A DNA stretch of 46,582 bases from a virus (taxonomy: Duplodnaviria; Caudoviricetes), in IMG/VR virus record IMGVR_UViG_3300005323_000012, positions 1 through 46,582 of that record; one strand, 5' to 3'. Under the pieces are notes generated by a model. That model was not told where the DNA came from. It searched no databases and was given only the letters and a program-made list of their open reading frames with translations. This document shows positions 18,538-27,069 of the stretch, piece after piece. A program made the translations under genes and the position numbers. Position 1 is the stretch's first letter, and every line of letters begins with the position of its first letter.

Positions 18538-18948
18538 TCAAATATCGCCAAGCTGCTCTGCTATCTGCATTGCTTTGGCGACATGACGATCTACTTTTGG
18601 CTTCCCGGAACTGTCTTTCTCAGGATAGAATCGTTCGAAGCTCGGGAACTTCTGTGGATTGGTGAGGAGAACTGCAAAATTGTAATCCCGGACGGCATCG
18701 CGCCTTCTGGCATCGTTCCAGGCTTCGATCTTGATATTGATCTCAGGTGGCGTCGAGGCCAAAAAGGCCCCCACACTCATATCTAGGATTCCGGTAGCGG
18801 TTCGACTGGCGTTTCCAATCCATTCTTCCCACGAGCTGCCAGCCTCTCTTTCGCTATTGCCTGAGCTTCGTAGGTCGTTGCCAGCTCCTCCGCTTTCCGC
18901 TTCTGGTCTGCCATCTTTGCCGCCATGCCCTTCTCCTGGAGCTTTTTT
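18538..18948 (-). CDS. Tail assembly chaperone frameshift extension (gpGT-like)
   Basis: -1 frame relative to the upstream chaperone, entered at A_AAA_AAG (18942-18948); WEEW...GILDMSVGAFLASTPPEI resembles chaperone C-termini. Confidence 0.65.
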   Translation of the reverse strand, partial: KKAPGEGHGGKDGRPEAESGGAGNDLRSSGNSEREAGSSWEEWIGNASRTATGILDMSVGAFLASTPPEINIKIEAWNDARRRDAVRDYNFAVLLTNPQKFPSFERFYPEKDSSGKPKVDRHVAKAMQIAEQLGDI

Positions 18949-19310
18949 GAGTCGGCCCCCACACAATTCTTGCTGAGTGCTCCGGCGAGGAGCTGCTGCA
19001 GGGCTTCCAGCTTTTCGCCTGCATCTGGCTCGCCTTCTTCGAGATAATCCTGGATCAGTTGAGCGGCGTCATCATCCGAAATCTTGCCAGAGTATCCGGA
19101 CCCCTCCCACTCCAGACCTTTCTTTAGTAAGTATGACTGCACACTGGTATCGTCCAGGTGCATGAGAATATTCATCGGGCTATTGAATCGCAGCCCTTTG
19201 ATGTGCCCGAGGAGCTTCTTGGGAGCGTTCTCTTTGATGTCGTTCTGCTGCTTGATCGTGTATCTTAGATTGTATTCTTTTCCAGCAATTACAATAGGTG
19301 TAGTGTACAT
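18783..19310 (-). CDS. Tail assembly chaperone (gpG-like)
   Basis: IVIAGKEYNLRYT start; lies between tail tube and TMP; GGAGG SD. Confidence 0.8.
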   Translation of the reverse strand: MYTTPIVIAGKEYNLRYTIKQQNDIKENAPKKLLGHIKGLRFNSPMNILMHLDDTSVQSYLLKKGLEWEGSGYSGKISDDDAAQLIQDYLEEGEPDAGEKLEALQQLLAGALSKNCVGADSKKLQEKGMAAKMADQKRKAEELATTYEAQAIAKERLAARGKNGLETPVEPLPES

Positions 19311-19316
19311 TTTAAT

Positions 19317-19378
19317 TTCCTCCTAAAAATTTGCAGGGGCCTCAGGCTGGAGGAAGTGAGCCGTCATTGGCCGCCTGC
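19317..19378 (-). promoter_or_regulatory. K-turn-containing leader hairpin whose loop is complementary to the chaperone SD
   Basis: GCAGG-C-GGCC-AAU-GAC-GGCU-[CACUUCCUCC]-AGCC-UGA-GGCC-CCUGC; SD GGAGGAA at 19317-19323. Confidence 0.6.
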
Positions 19379-19393
19379 GCTGTTTTCTATCCT

Positions 19394-20377
19394 CTACTCA
19401 CTCACATGCCTTAGCGGGTATCCGTGACCTTGAATCGAGAGCCCGGCCTTCAGAAGATCCTCCGGGCCACCAGTCCAGTCTACATCGGAGACGAAGCCAA
19501 AGCCTACATGCATGTCGCCGTTGGCATAGTCGCCATAGAACCGGAAGACGTGACGGGTGCCCTTCAGATCCGTGAAATTCACCTTGTCTGCCCCACCTGC
19601 TAGGTGGGTGTGGGTGAATGCCCCGATGGCACCAGATCCGTTTTCACCTGCGGGGAGCATGGCCCGGATACCGATGTCTGCAACATCTGACGACGTATTC
19701 ATAGCTGCAATACATTGAGATGCAGTTGCCCCTGTCGGCGGTGTCACGACAATGGCCTCATCAGTTACCGATACGTCGATGGGATCACTGCCTGAGGGCG
19801 ACGCAATCTCTAGGCTGACGAGATCCCCATCCACGCCACCAGGTGAATGTATCAGCTTGATATGGCTATTCGATGCTCCCCCGGTAGTGGTTAGCTCGGC
19901 GCACTTGTTGGCATGGAAAGCCTCGATCTTCCCGTCCCAATCGTCAATCGTCGGAGCCCTGGCTACCGCAGTGTCTCCATAGCAAGTGCATTCCTGCATC
20001 TTGGTTTTGTCTGCGAACGATCGAGTAGCACAGCCGAAGAATTCTGTGGGCGTCAGGTGGTGACCAGAGGCGCAATGAACCAAATCGTCAGAGTTCAAGG
20101 CGGCACTCAGAACGATATACCCAGCTCCATACCAGATCTCAGCGGGCGTGATGGCTACCCAATCACCAGCACCGTGTACCTGCTTTTCGAATACAGGCAC
20201 CTCGGTATCGTTCATGATTCGCTTGGCGGCATCCGCGATTCTGTAGACGGTGTACCGGGCATGACTGCCCCATTTCGAGGCCGAGAGATCGACCTCTTCC
20301 ATTGCTTCATCTGAATAGTCAGAGTCCGAGCCGGAGCCCCTGTAGACTCGGACGTAATCACCTGGCTTAGGACTCAA
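19394..20377 (-). CDS. Tail tube protein paralog with added domains
   Basis: Shares GC......KT.M.E......AVAR.PTIDD with 20396..20776. Confidence 0.7.
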   Translation of the reverse strand: MSPKPGDYVRVYRGSGSDSDYSDEAMEEVDLSASKWGSHARYTVYRIADAAKRIMNDTEVPVFEKQVHGAGDWVAITPAEIWYGAGYIVLSAALNSDDLVHCASGHHLTPTEFFGCATRSFADKTKMQECTCYGDTAVARAPTIDDWDGKIEAFHANKCAELTTTGGASNSHIKLIHSPGGVDGDLVSLEIASPSGSDPIDVSVTDEAIVVTPPTGATASQCIAAMNTSSDVADIGIRAMLPAGENGSGAIGAFTHTHLAGGADKVNFTDLKGTRHVFRFYGDYANGDMHVGFGFVSDVDWTGGPEDLLKAGLSIQGHGYPLRHVSE

Positions 20378-20395
20378 GCTCGTAGCTTATCCCCC

Positions 20396-20776
20396 CTATG
20401 TGGTTACGCAGCCCCCACTGACTGAGAAAGTCACTTCCATCGTCTGCTCATCTGAGGGGCCATTGGGCCGGGAGATCTGCTCTACGTATGCGCTGAGTGT
20501 GTAGGTACGACTACCCTTGGTCACGACATACTGCAGGAGAGTGTGAGCTGGCTTGCTTGCCCGGATCTTGTCTTGGCCGGCGTCTGTATCATCTTCAACA
20601 AAAGTAGCCGAGAAATCGGCGTCATCGATAGTTGGAAATCGAGCAACCGCGCCGTTGTCATCAGCGGTGATTTCCTTCATTGTGGTTTTTTCAGTAATCT
20701 TTGCATCCTTGCAGCCGATAGCGGTAGTGCTATCGACCTGGAATGTTATTTCTGCTCTTTCCGGTGTTAAAACCAT
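20396..20776 (-). CDS. Major tail tube protein
   Basis: 126 aa beta-rich; YTLSAYVEQISR...MEVTFSVSG typical of tube C-termini; synteny. Confidence 0.78.
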   Translation of the reverse strand: MVLTPERAEITFQVDSTTAIGCKDAKITEKTTMKEITADDNGAVARFPTIDDADFSATFVEDDTDAGQDKIRASKPAHTLLQYVVTKGSRTYTLSAYVEQISRPNGPSDEQTMEVTFSVSGGCVTT

Positions 20777-20790
20777 GTTTGCCTCATCTC

Positions 20791-21147
20791 CTATGTGCTC
20801 TTAATAATCTTGAACTCTATTGAAAAAATGTGAATGTTGTTGGCATCCTGCCAGTAATCCGGCGCTCTGCCGTCCCATATGCAGGTCACAGTTCCTGATA
20901 TCGACTCGTTCTTGTGCAGAAGCGTCCGGATTGCCAGAGCCCGCGCTTCTGCCGTGGCCAGATCAGCATCCCTGACCTGGATCTGGACGTTCGGCTTCTC
21001 GATGTCACCGCCGCTCACGATGTATGCAGATCCACCACCAGGAATAATGCAGATCTGAGGAACGGTCGAGCTATCAAATCGATATGCACGAATATCACGG
21101 TAGCCCGATGCAGTCAGAACGGCGGCAATATCAGAGGCGAGTGTCAA
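20791..21147 (-). CDS. Tail terminator (Minor_capsid_3-like)
   Basis: PNVQIQVR...AEARALAIRTLLH...DANNIHIFSIEF pattern; synteny. Confidence 0.75.
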   Translation of the reverse strand: MTLASDIAAVLTASGYRDIRAYRFDSSTVPQICIIPGGGSAYIVSGGDIEKPNVQIQVRDADLATAEARALAIRTLLHKNESISGTVTCIWDGRAPDYWQDANNIHIFSIEFKIIKST

Positions 21148-21383
21148 ACCAGATACACCACCTGCATTGTGCCGTTGAGCCTGATGACCTCACCATTGAA
21201 GCCCTCCGCATACATGTTTCCAGAATCGTTGAACGCCGTCCTTGCCAGGATCACGATCTTTTGAGGGGGAGCGGAAACTGGCGGCGGAGCATCATCCGGC
21301 CCCACCATGTCCAGCATCGTCAGGCCGAACCCCAACACCGCCGCCAATGAAGCCAGGACGGCGAGGCCTTCTTTCCAATTCAT
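21144..21383 (-). CDS. Small membrane-anchored protein
   Basis: N-terminal TM helix; coupled ORF. Confidence 0.6.
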   Translation of the reverse strand: MNWKEGLAVLASLAAVLGFGLTMLDMVGPDDAPPPVSAPPQKIVILARTAFNDSGNMYAEGFNGEVIRLNGTMQVVYLV

Positions 21384-22051
21384 GCTGTGCTGTTCTCCGG
21401 GATGAGTTTCACCGGGCCGATGCTGGCGGGTAGAGCATCGGAGAACGATGCACAGAAACCAAGCCAGTCTTCCGGCGTCTTGATCTCCTCAGAAATATTC
21501 AGATAGCTTCTGAGGATGTACTCACCCACGGCGTCCATCTCAGCCTCGGTCACCGGCCTGCCAGTCTGACCGTTGATTATCCGGCCTCGGAACGTTGCAT
21601 TGCCGTCCATGACCACCAGGGAGTCCAGGCTCTGAACTCCGGTTTCCATGCTCACAGTAGACTCACCGCTACCGGAAAAGTCGCCGTTGATCTTGGTGGC
21701 CTGATAAGAATGCATATATCCGACCCCGGACGCCTTCACGACATACTGATCTTTGTAGCCGCCGCCCGCACCGGACACTATGAAACTGGTTGAAAAAGTT
21801 TGAGCACTTTCGTTCTTCCAGTTCCGGCTCATCTCGTACGCGATCGCCCCCCCATCACTCATGGCCCGGTCGGAAGCAGATTTCGAATAACTTGAGTGGT
21901 CGAACTGCCCCACCCCGGCGAACTTCTCTTCGATCACGTTGGCTTGCCCGGATTCTCCGATAGCGATAATGGCCAATATGAGGCAGAATATCGCGAGAAA
22001 GAAAGAAGCGTAGAAGTATTTCCTGATATCTTCAGGAGAAAATAATTTCAT
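21380..22051 (-). CDS. Membrane-anchored/secreted beta-rich protein
   Basis: N-terminal TM, Ser/Gly-rich beta body. Confidence 0.65.
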   Translation of the reverse strand: MKLFSPEDIRKYFYASFFLAIFCLILAIIAIGESGQANVIEEKFAGVGQFDHSSYSKSASDRAMSDGGAIAYEMSRNWKNESAQTFSTSFIVSGAGGGYKDQYVVKASGVGYMHSYQATKINGDFSGSGESTVSMETGVQSLDSLVVMDGNATFRGRIINGQTGRPVTEAEMDAVGEYILRSYLNISEEIKTPEDWLGFCASFSDALPASIGPVKLIPENSTA

Positions 22052-22069
22052 TCTGCCTCCGTTCGGCAG

Positions 22070-22258
22070 CTACTGGTTTTCGATTGCGTTCTGGCAGGAT
22101 CTCAGGGCTTCTCTGGTTTGCTGGAGTTCCCCCTGGAGTTTCAGGTTCTCCGATCTGGTTTTCTGCAGCTCTTCAGTGAGCGGGCCGACTTCCCGGAATC
22201 GCATAGCCAGCCAGGAGAACGCGATTGCCAGGCAGATGAGGGCCACAATCGTCCACAT
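22070..22258 (-). CDS. TM + coiled-coil small protein (spanin/lysis-like)
   Basis: N-terminal TM followed by heptad repeat. Confidence 0.55.
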   Translation of the reverse strand: MWTIVALICLAIAFSWLAMRFREVGPLTEELQKTRSENLKLQGELQQTREALRSCQNAIENQ

Positions 22259-22543
22259 CTAGCTCACCTTCTCGTCTGACTTTGTAGCTTCCGCCAAGCT
22301 TGATTTCATGCAGAGGATAGCCTTGAAAGTTGGCGAAAAGTCCCCTATATCAGTCCAAATTTCTGCAGCTTTAGATTTCAATTCCGGCACCTGGTAGGCG
22401 CGGGCAACAAAGTCGGCCACGTCACTTGTCAGCTCTTTGGCTGCATTCCATTTAGCGCTGCCTTTCTGCACTCCGATAGCAGCGGCCACTAATGCCAATA
22501 GCCCGCCACCCACTTCTGTCAATTGAGTTATATCAATATCCAT
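22259..22543 (-). CDS. Holin-like membrane protein, putative
   Basis: N-terminal hydrophobic helix; GAGGT SD; clusters with other membrane genes. Confidence 0.45.
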   Translation of the reverse strand: MDIDITQLTEVGGGLLALVAAAIGVQKGSAKWNAAKELTSDVADFVARAYQVPELKSKAAEIWTDIGDFSPTFKAILCMKSSLAEATKSDEKVS

Positions 22544-22619
22544 ATCCGTACCTCATGCATCGAGCCACCAACGGCTCACGGGGTCTATTTTTGTCATTAT
22601 GATGAAAAATAGTGTTGTG

Positions 22620-22985
22620 TTATGATTTCAGGTGCTTTTCGATCGCAGGACCAAGTTTTGAGCTATGCATTTGGACGCTGTCTCTCACGAATCCGGCCTT
22701 CTGATTGCCTCTGTGCTGTAATGTGCGGTCCAATTCTTGGCGGGCTGCATAGTCCTTGGCGGCCCCACCACAGCCGAGATAGCAGACATCCTTGGACTCG
22801 TCTCTCTCAACCCCGATAGAGCCTTTCAAGGTGCCGCCCACTCGGCCATCATCATACTGCCCGACCGGACAATCTTGCTCAGCTTGGGTCATCATGTGGA
22901 CTCTGGCCACTTCTTCCACACCGTCCAGAGCCCTTGTTTTGGTGGACTTCAGGAACTTGGAGTGGTCCCACTTGATATCAGCCAT
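22620..22985 (-). CDS. HK97 gp10-like tail completion protein
   Basis: AEQDCPV...GTLKGSI...YAARQE...KAGFVRDS motif. Confidence 0.8.
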   Translation of the reverse strand: MADIKWDHSKFLKSTKTRALDGVEEVARVHMMTQAEQDCPVGQYDDGRVGGTLKGSIGVERDESKDVCYLGCGGAAKDYAARQELDRTLQHRGNQKAGFVRDSVQMHSSKLGPAIEKHLKS

Positions 22986-23170
22986 TACTCCTCATACGTA
23001 TAGACAAGCTCTACTACGGGGCAGCGCAATTGAGCTGATGTAATCGTGCCCACACTTTCAGAAATAATAATATCCGATATCAGAAAAGATAGATCTATGC
23101 CACCCAGGATAACTCTTTTTCGCCCATCTTTGAATTTGTGAATTTCCAATTTGGGTATTTCATTCATCAT
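22985..23170 (-). CDS. Hypothetical protein (61 aa)
   Basis: Coupled ORF. Confidence 0.5.
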   Translation of the reverse strand: MMNEIPKLEIHKFKDGRKRVILGGIDLSFLISDIIISESVGTITSAQLRCPVVELVYTYEE

Positions 23171-23319
23171 ATTATGGCTCCAAATATATCTTCAGGATCG
23201 ACTATTCCGCCAACTGCAATCATTACCCACTCACAGCATGTAGGTCTATCCACGCCCTTGGATTGCCAAATCTCATGCCCGCATTCGGGGCAGCGATAAA
23301 GAATATCACCGGGATTCAT
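23167..23319 (-). CDS. Small Cys4 metal-binding protein (Zn ribbon/desulforedoxin-like, 50 aa)
   Basis: Hand translation MNPGDILYRCPECGHEIWQSKGVDRPTCCEWVM...; ATGA overlaps. Confidence 0.55.
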   Translation of the reverse strand: MNPGDILYRCPECGHEIWQSKGVDRPTCCEWVMIAVGGIVDPEDIFGAII

Positions 23320-23465
23320 CCTTCGCCCCGTACTATGGCCCTTCGTCGGACAGTTTCCGCGTCCATCTGTACTAATTTCTCATCACAGATAGAGCGGAGA
23401 TAGAGGATATCTGCTCGGCTCCAGGTATTCAGAGTATTCCGCCAATCAATATCAGTGATATTCAT
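23316..23465 (-). CDS. Hypothetical protein (49 aa)
   Basis: Hand-translated MNITDIDWRNTLNTWSRADILYLRSICDEKL...; coupled. Confidence 0.45.
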   Translation of the reverse strand: MNITDIDWRNTLNTWSRADILYLRSICDEKLVQMDAETVRRRAIVRGEG

Positions 23466-23475
23466 TCGTCCCCCC

Positions 23476-23724
23476 TCAGCCAGATCCGGCCAGCTCCAGC
23501 ATCTCTTCTCGGCTAGCGAATCCTGCTCGTTTCCATCCCGGCAGCGGATTCGGTATCTGCTGGATGTCCGGGGCGTTCTCGGTGCCCCGATCTACAGTCA
23601 CATATTCATCGTCCAGTGCAGCCAGAGCTTGCAGATCGGCTCGCGCTCGTTCGGCATGTTCTGACATCGAAAGCAGGTTGATGTAGTCCTGCTTCGAAAG
23701 TGGCAACCTTGGGTATCTTCTCAT
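23476..23724 (-). CDS. Hypothetical protein downstream of the DGR
   Basis: 82 aa; GAGGAG SD; YP..P.SKQDYINLL start. Confidence 0.65.
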   Translation of the reverse strand: MRRYPRLPLSKQDYINLLSMSEHAERARADLQALAALDDEYVTVDRGTENAPDIQQIPNPLPGWKRAGFASREEMLELAGSG

Positions 23725-23733
23725 AGTATCTCC

Positions 23734-24021
23734 TCACGAAAACGTGTAATGACGATTAATCTTCTTGATCACTACCAGAAATGGCAAGTGTGACTCGTAT
23801 TTCTTGAGCTGATCCATCAACACCATCGAGCCCGTGAAAGTGATGTGCTGCTTACCTTCTAGCTCATAGTGAATCGTGAGATATTGCGTGCCTTTCTTCT
23901 GGTGGCTATCCTTGATTTTGTATCCTGTCACCAGGATTTCTTTGTTCAGGACCTCATCGAGCCGAAGCTTCTCTCCTTCAAACGTTTCTTCTTCGGCGAA
24001 GTCCCCGAACCGTTCAGGCAT
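23734..24021 (-). CDS. DGR accessory protein, CH1-like (not Avd-like)
   Basis: Overlaps the RT stop; FEGEKLRLDEVLNKEILVTGYKI..S......YLTI..ELEG.....FTGSMVLMDQL....LPF...I resembles small proteins seen beside DGR RTs (recalled). Confidence 0.6.
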   Translation of the reverse strand: MPERFGDFAEEETFEGEKLRLDEVLNKEILVTGYKIKDSHQKKGTQYLTIHYELEGKQHITFTGSMVLMDQLKKYESHLPFLVVIKKINRHYTFS

Positions 24022-25012
24022 CGGCGAGCCTCAGAGATTGCTTGAAGTTGAAGCTATTCGCCCACATGAGCCAGCCTTCTGTCGATGCCATTGATGACCT
24101 ATACTGATCAGCGGTGATTTCTCCTCTGGCAAGCTGACCGGGAAGTGATCTCATCCGGCGCTTGATCCTCTTAGCAGTGGATTTCCGCACCAGGATGTGG
24201 TCAGGAAAGTGCCGGTATCCCAAGAAATCTATGCCCTGGCGAACTGGAAATATGTCATTCTTGCTAAGGATCAGAGCAAGCCTTTCCGCAAGGAAATTCT
24301 CTATTGTCTCGGCCATCCGGTGCAGGAACCTCTTATCTTGGTGGAGCAGAATGAAATCGTCGCAATACCGGATATAGTGCCAGATTTTCATTTCATGCTT
24401 CAGGAACTGGTCTAGCTCGTTCATGTAGAGATTGCCGAGCCATTGGCTTGTGTAGTTCCCAATCGGCACGTTCTTGCCTCCTGGAATGCTGTAGATGATA
24501 TTCTCCAGGAGCCAAAGAGTATCCGTACACTTGATTTTCTTTTGGACGATCTTGAAGAGAATGTCATGATCAATGGATGGGTAGAACTTCTGGATGTCCA
24601 TCTTCAGGCAATATGCGTTGGGTCCCACTGCTCTGATGAAGTCCATGGTTCGGCGGCTGCCTGCGTGGATGCCCTTACCCTTCCTGCAAGAATACGAATC
24701 ATAAATGAAGAGGCTATTCCAGATTGGTTCGTGAATATTCATCAGGGCGTGCTGGACTACTCGATCAGGATTGAAAGGCAGCTTGTAGATGATCCTCTGC
24801 TTAGGCTCATAGATCATCTTTTCGATATAAGGCGACGTGGTAAAGGTCTTCTCGATCAGCGAATCCCGGATATTGAAAATGTTCTCGTCCAAGTCATCAT
24901 CGAAGCGGCTGATGGTATTCTGCCAACTTTTGCCCTTCCTGGCTTTCTGGTAGGCGAGATAGATGTTGTCTACATCGACTATCTTTTCGAATAAGTTTCC
25001 ATGTCGCTTCAT
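24014..25012 (-). CDS. DGR reverse transcriptase (332 aa from MKRHGNLFEK)
   Basis: EPKQRII, DRVVQHAL, SYSCRKGKGIH, LKMDIQKFYPSIDH, PIGNYTSQ (DGR SQ motif), RYCDDF, IDFLGY. Confidence 0.96.
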   Translation of the reverse strand: MKRHGNLFEKIVDVDNIYLAYQKARKGKSWQNTISRFDDDLDENIFNIRDSLIEKTFTTSPYIEKMIYEPKQRIIYKLPFNPDRVVQHALMNIHEPIWNSLFIYDSYSCRKGKGIHAGSRRTMDFIRAVGPNAYCLKMDIQKFYPSIDHDILFKIVQKKIKCTDTLWLLENIIYSIPGGKNVPIGNYTSQWLGNLYMNELDQFLKHEMKIWHYIRYCDDFILLHQDKRFLHRMAETIENFLAERLALILSKNDIFPVRQGIDFLGYRHFPDHILVRKSTAKRIKRRMRSLPGQLARGEITADQYRSSMASTEGWLMWANSFNFKQSLRLADA

Positions 25013-25116
25013 GATGATTTTTGAGAATGGTGATACTAGCTGCCGTTCTCCTCCGTTGTGTGTTTTGCCTTTCGACAAGGTCGGCGAGTTCAGCCAGGAG
25101 TTGCTCTCCGCATTTT

Positions 25117-25235
25117 CCTGGATCTGTGCAACTGCGACTGCTGATATTCGAATTCGTGTTCCAGCGATAGTTATACGCATTCTGATACTGAGAACTGCAA
25201 TTCGCACCATTCGTCCAATAACTGCCGGCGAGCAG
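25117..25235 (-). ncRNA. DGR template repeat (TR)
   Basis: Aligns gaplessly to the VR; rich in AAY codons; 23 of 23 mismatches in 25125-25235 are at TR adenines. Confidence 0.96.
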
Positions 25236-25253
25236 TTCAAACTCGCCCAACCC

Positions 25254-25270
25254 GTAACAAATTTTGTTAC
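25254..25270. repeat. Hairpin between VR/IMH and TR (GTAACAA-ATT-TTGTTAC)
   Basis: Perfect inverted repeat about 25 nt downstream of the target stop codon, where DGR hairpins usually sit. Confidence 0.65.
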
Positions 25271-25296
25271 CCTAAATCCCGACTTCCGCACTCCGA

Positions 25297-25419
25297 CTAT
25301 GCCGGCTCCGCGCAACCGCGACCGCCGAAAGTCGAAAGCGCGCCCCAGCGAGAGTTATACGCACTCCGACACCGAGAACCGCAATTCGCACCACGCGCCC
25401 AACAACCGCCGGCGAGCAG
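25297..25419 (-). repeat. DGR variable repeat (VR) at the 3' end of the target gene
   Basis: Encodes LLAGGCWARGANCGSRCRSAYNSRWGALSTFGGRGCAEPA versus TR LLAGSYWTNGANCSSQYQNAYNYRWNTNSNISSRSCTDP. Confidence 0.96.
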
Positions 25420-27062
25420 CTTCACATCTCCATAGGTTCCCTGCGTGTACAAACTGCCCTTCGCGCCTGGCAGATCGTAGTAGCCGAATGCCTGGCTAAG
25501 CAGAGCTAGATCGATCGTTGCATTCGCAGCTCCCGGAAGGGTGGCTTCCAATCTCTCATCGGCCCCATCGTCATAGTAGAGCGCCACGCCGACTGAAGAA
25601 GCGGTCGCGGAATGTGTGATCTGCAGCGCGTACGCCGGGTTGTTAGTGCTCAGATAACATGTCTTAGCTCTCGCGAGATTGGCCAGAATCCTGCCAGGAG
25701 CCGCGCCGTCGTCATCGAAGTAGATCTGGGTAGAGTCCACCGCAGCATTGGCGTCATGCTTGACGAGGATTTTGTAGTCTGTTCCGAGCGTGATCCACTT
25801 ATCGGCGGCGTCATTGGCCATGTTGCAGCAGAGGTACGGTTCTCCGTTTGCGAGGAACTTTGCATAGATCGGATTACCGCCCGGAGATGCTGCACGATAG
25901 ACAGTGACGGTTTTTCCTGCAGCCACCACAGAACCATCGGGATTGCACTGGAAGCTCTGAGTTCGAAGCCACTGGTAGAGGGCCCCGCAGCAATCTTCAC
26001 AACCGATGTTGCTGATCATTCTCCTGGAAGCGGTATCGAGATGGCCGCCAGTGGTCACCGGATCAGCAGATCCTGCGATGGTCGTCTCCTCGTTGCTGCC
26101 GGCAGCAATAGCCTGGAACTCATCATCTTCCATCGGCCTGCAGCCAATAGCAGCAAAGTCATCAGCGAAACTCATCCAGTCGCGGGTATCTGAGATTGTG
26201 GCGCCATTCACGGATAGGGTACTCGATCCGGTGCCGCTGGCCAGATAGATCATGACCCAGATAGGCGCGAGGTTCACGGAATCAAAGTCAGTCCTCCCTG
26301 CCCAGACCATGCCGGCCTGAAGGCCAGAAGACCTATGCGCCAGATCCCACACTGAGCGAGGAATTATATCTCCAGCCAAGTATCCTGTCAGCGCGTGCCC
26401 CGCGATCGTGCCCACATTGACACACTCGCAATGGAAGCCTCCGATCATGCGGCTATTGTCGGCGGTGTAGCCAGCCGGATATGTCACAGCGGCGCTCAGG
26501 AGGATGTCGGGAGTGTAGCCACTGGTCGGAACGCAGGCATAGATATAGAAGTCCTTTCCGGCCCGGTTGGCTGCCGTGGCGTACTGGGAATCGTCCCAAT
26601 TGGCGGGGCGGTATCGAGATCCATCTCTACGGCTGCTGCCAGCTCGTAGGCGTGGTTTCCGGCCCCGCCAATGTTCACGAGCAGGTGAGAAGGAGATACA
26701 AGAGTTCGCCTGTTGGCTGCTGTATCCGATCCTTTGTTCCTCCACATTCGATTCCGGGCATAATAGGCATCGAGCCTCGCCGGTAGTCTGTTTAGAAACG
26801 TCACAAAATCACCATCCACTTCTTCATTATAATATTCAGACCATGCAGCCTCATCAGATTCATCCAGATCCACCGACCCGGCCACAAGATCGACATTGAA
26901 TCGCTTTCGGCAGACAGGACAATCACAGGTCGAGACGACCTCTCCTGGATCAACATCATAAGGGAGCGTGTGCCCATTGGGGCAGATCACATCTACCCCG
27001 ACCAGGATCGTAGCATTGAACCTGGTGTTGCAGATAGGGCAATGAAAAGACCCTGTGGTCAT
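25297..27062 (-). CDS. DGR target protein (Cys-rich N-terminus, C-terminal CLec/FGE-type fold), split by a -1 frameshift near 26605
   Basis: ORFs 26496..27062 and 25297..26745 join at ...MDLDTA/PANWDDSQY; C-terminal SNIGCEDCCGALYQW...LLAGG.W...GSR....GGRG is a CLec DGR-target signature. Confidence 0.8.
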
Positions 27063-27069
27063 GCTGCCT

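Noticed and set aside
25013-25315. N-terminal 101-aa extension of the RT in the ORF track, and the 24897..25250 ORF
   Set aside because: These read through the TR and spacer; the RT-like sequence begins at MKRHGNLFEK (25012), and the TR frame resembles the VR only because it is the template
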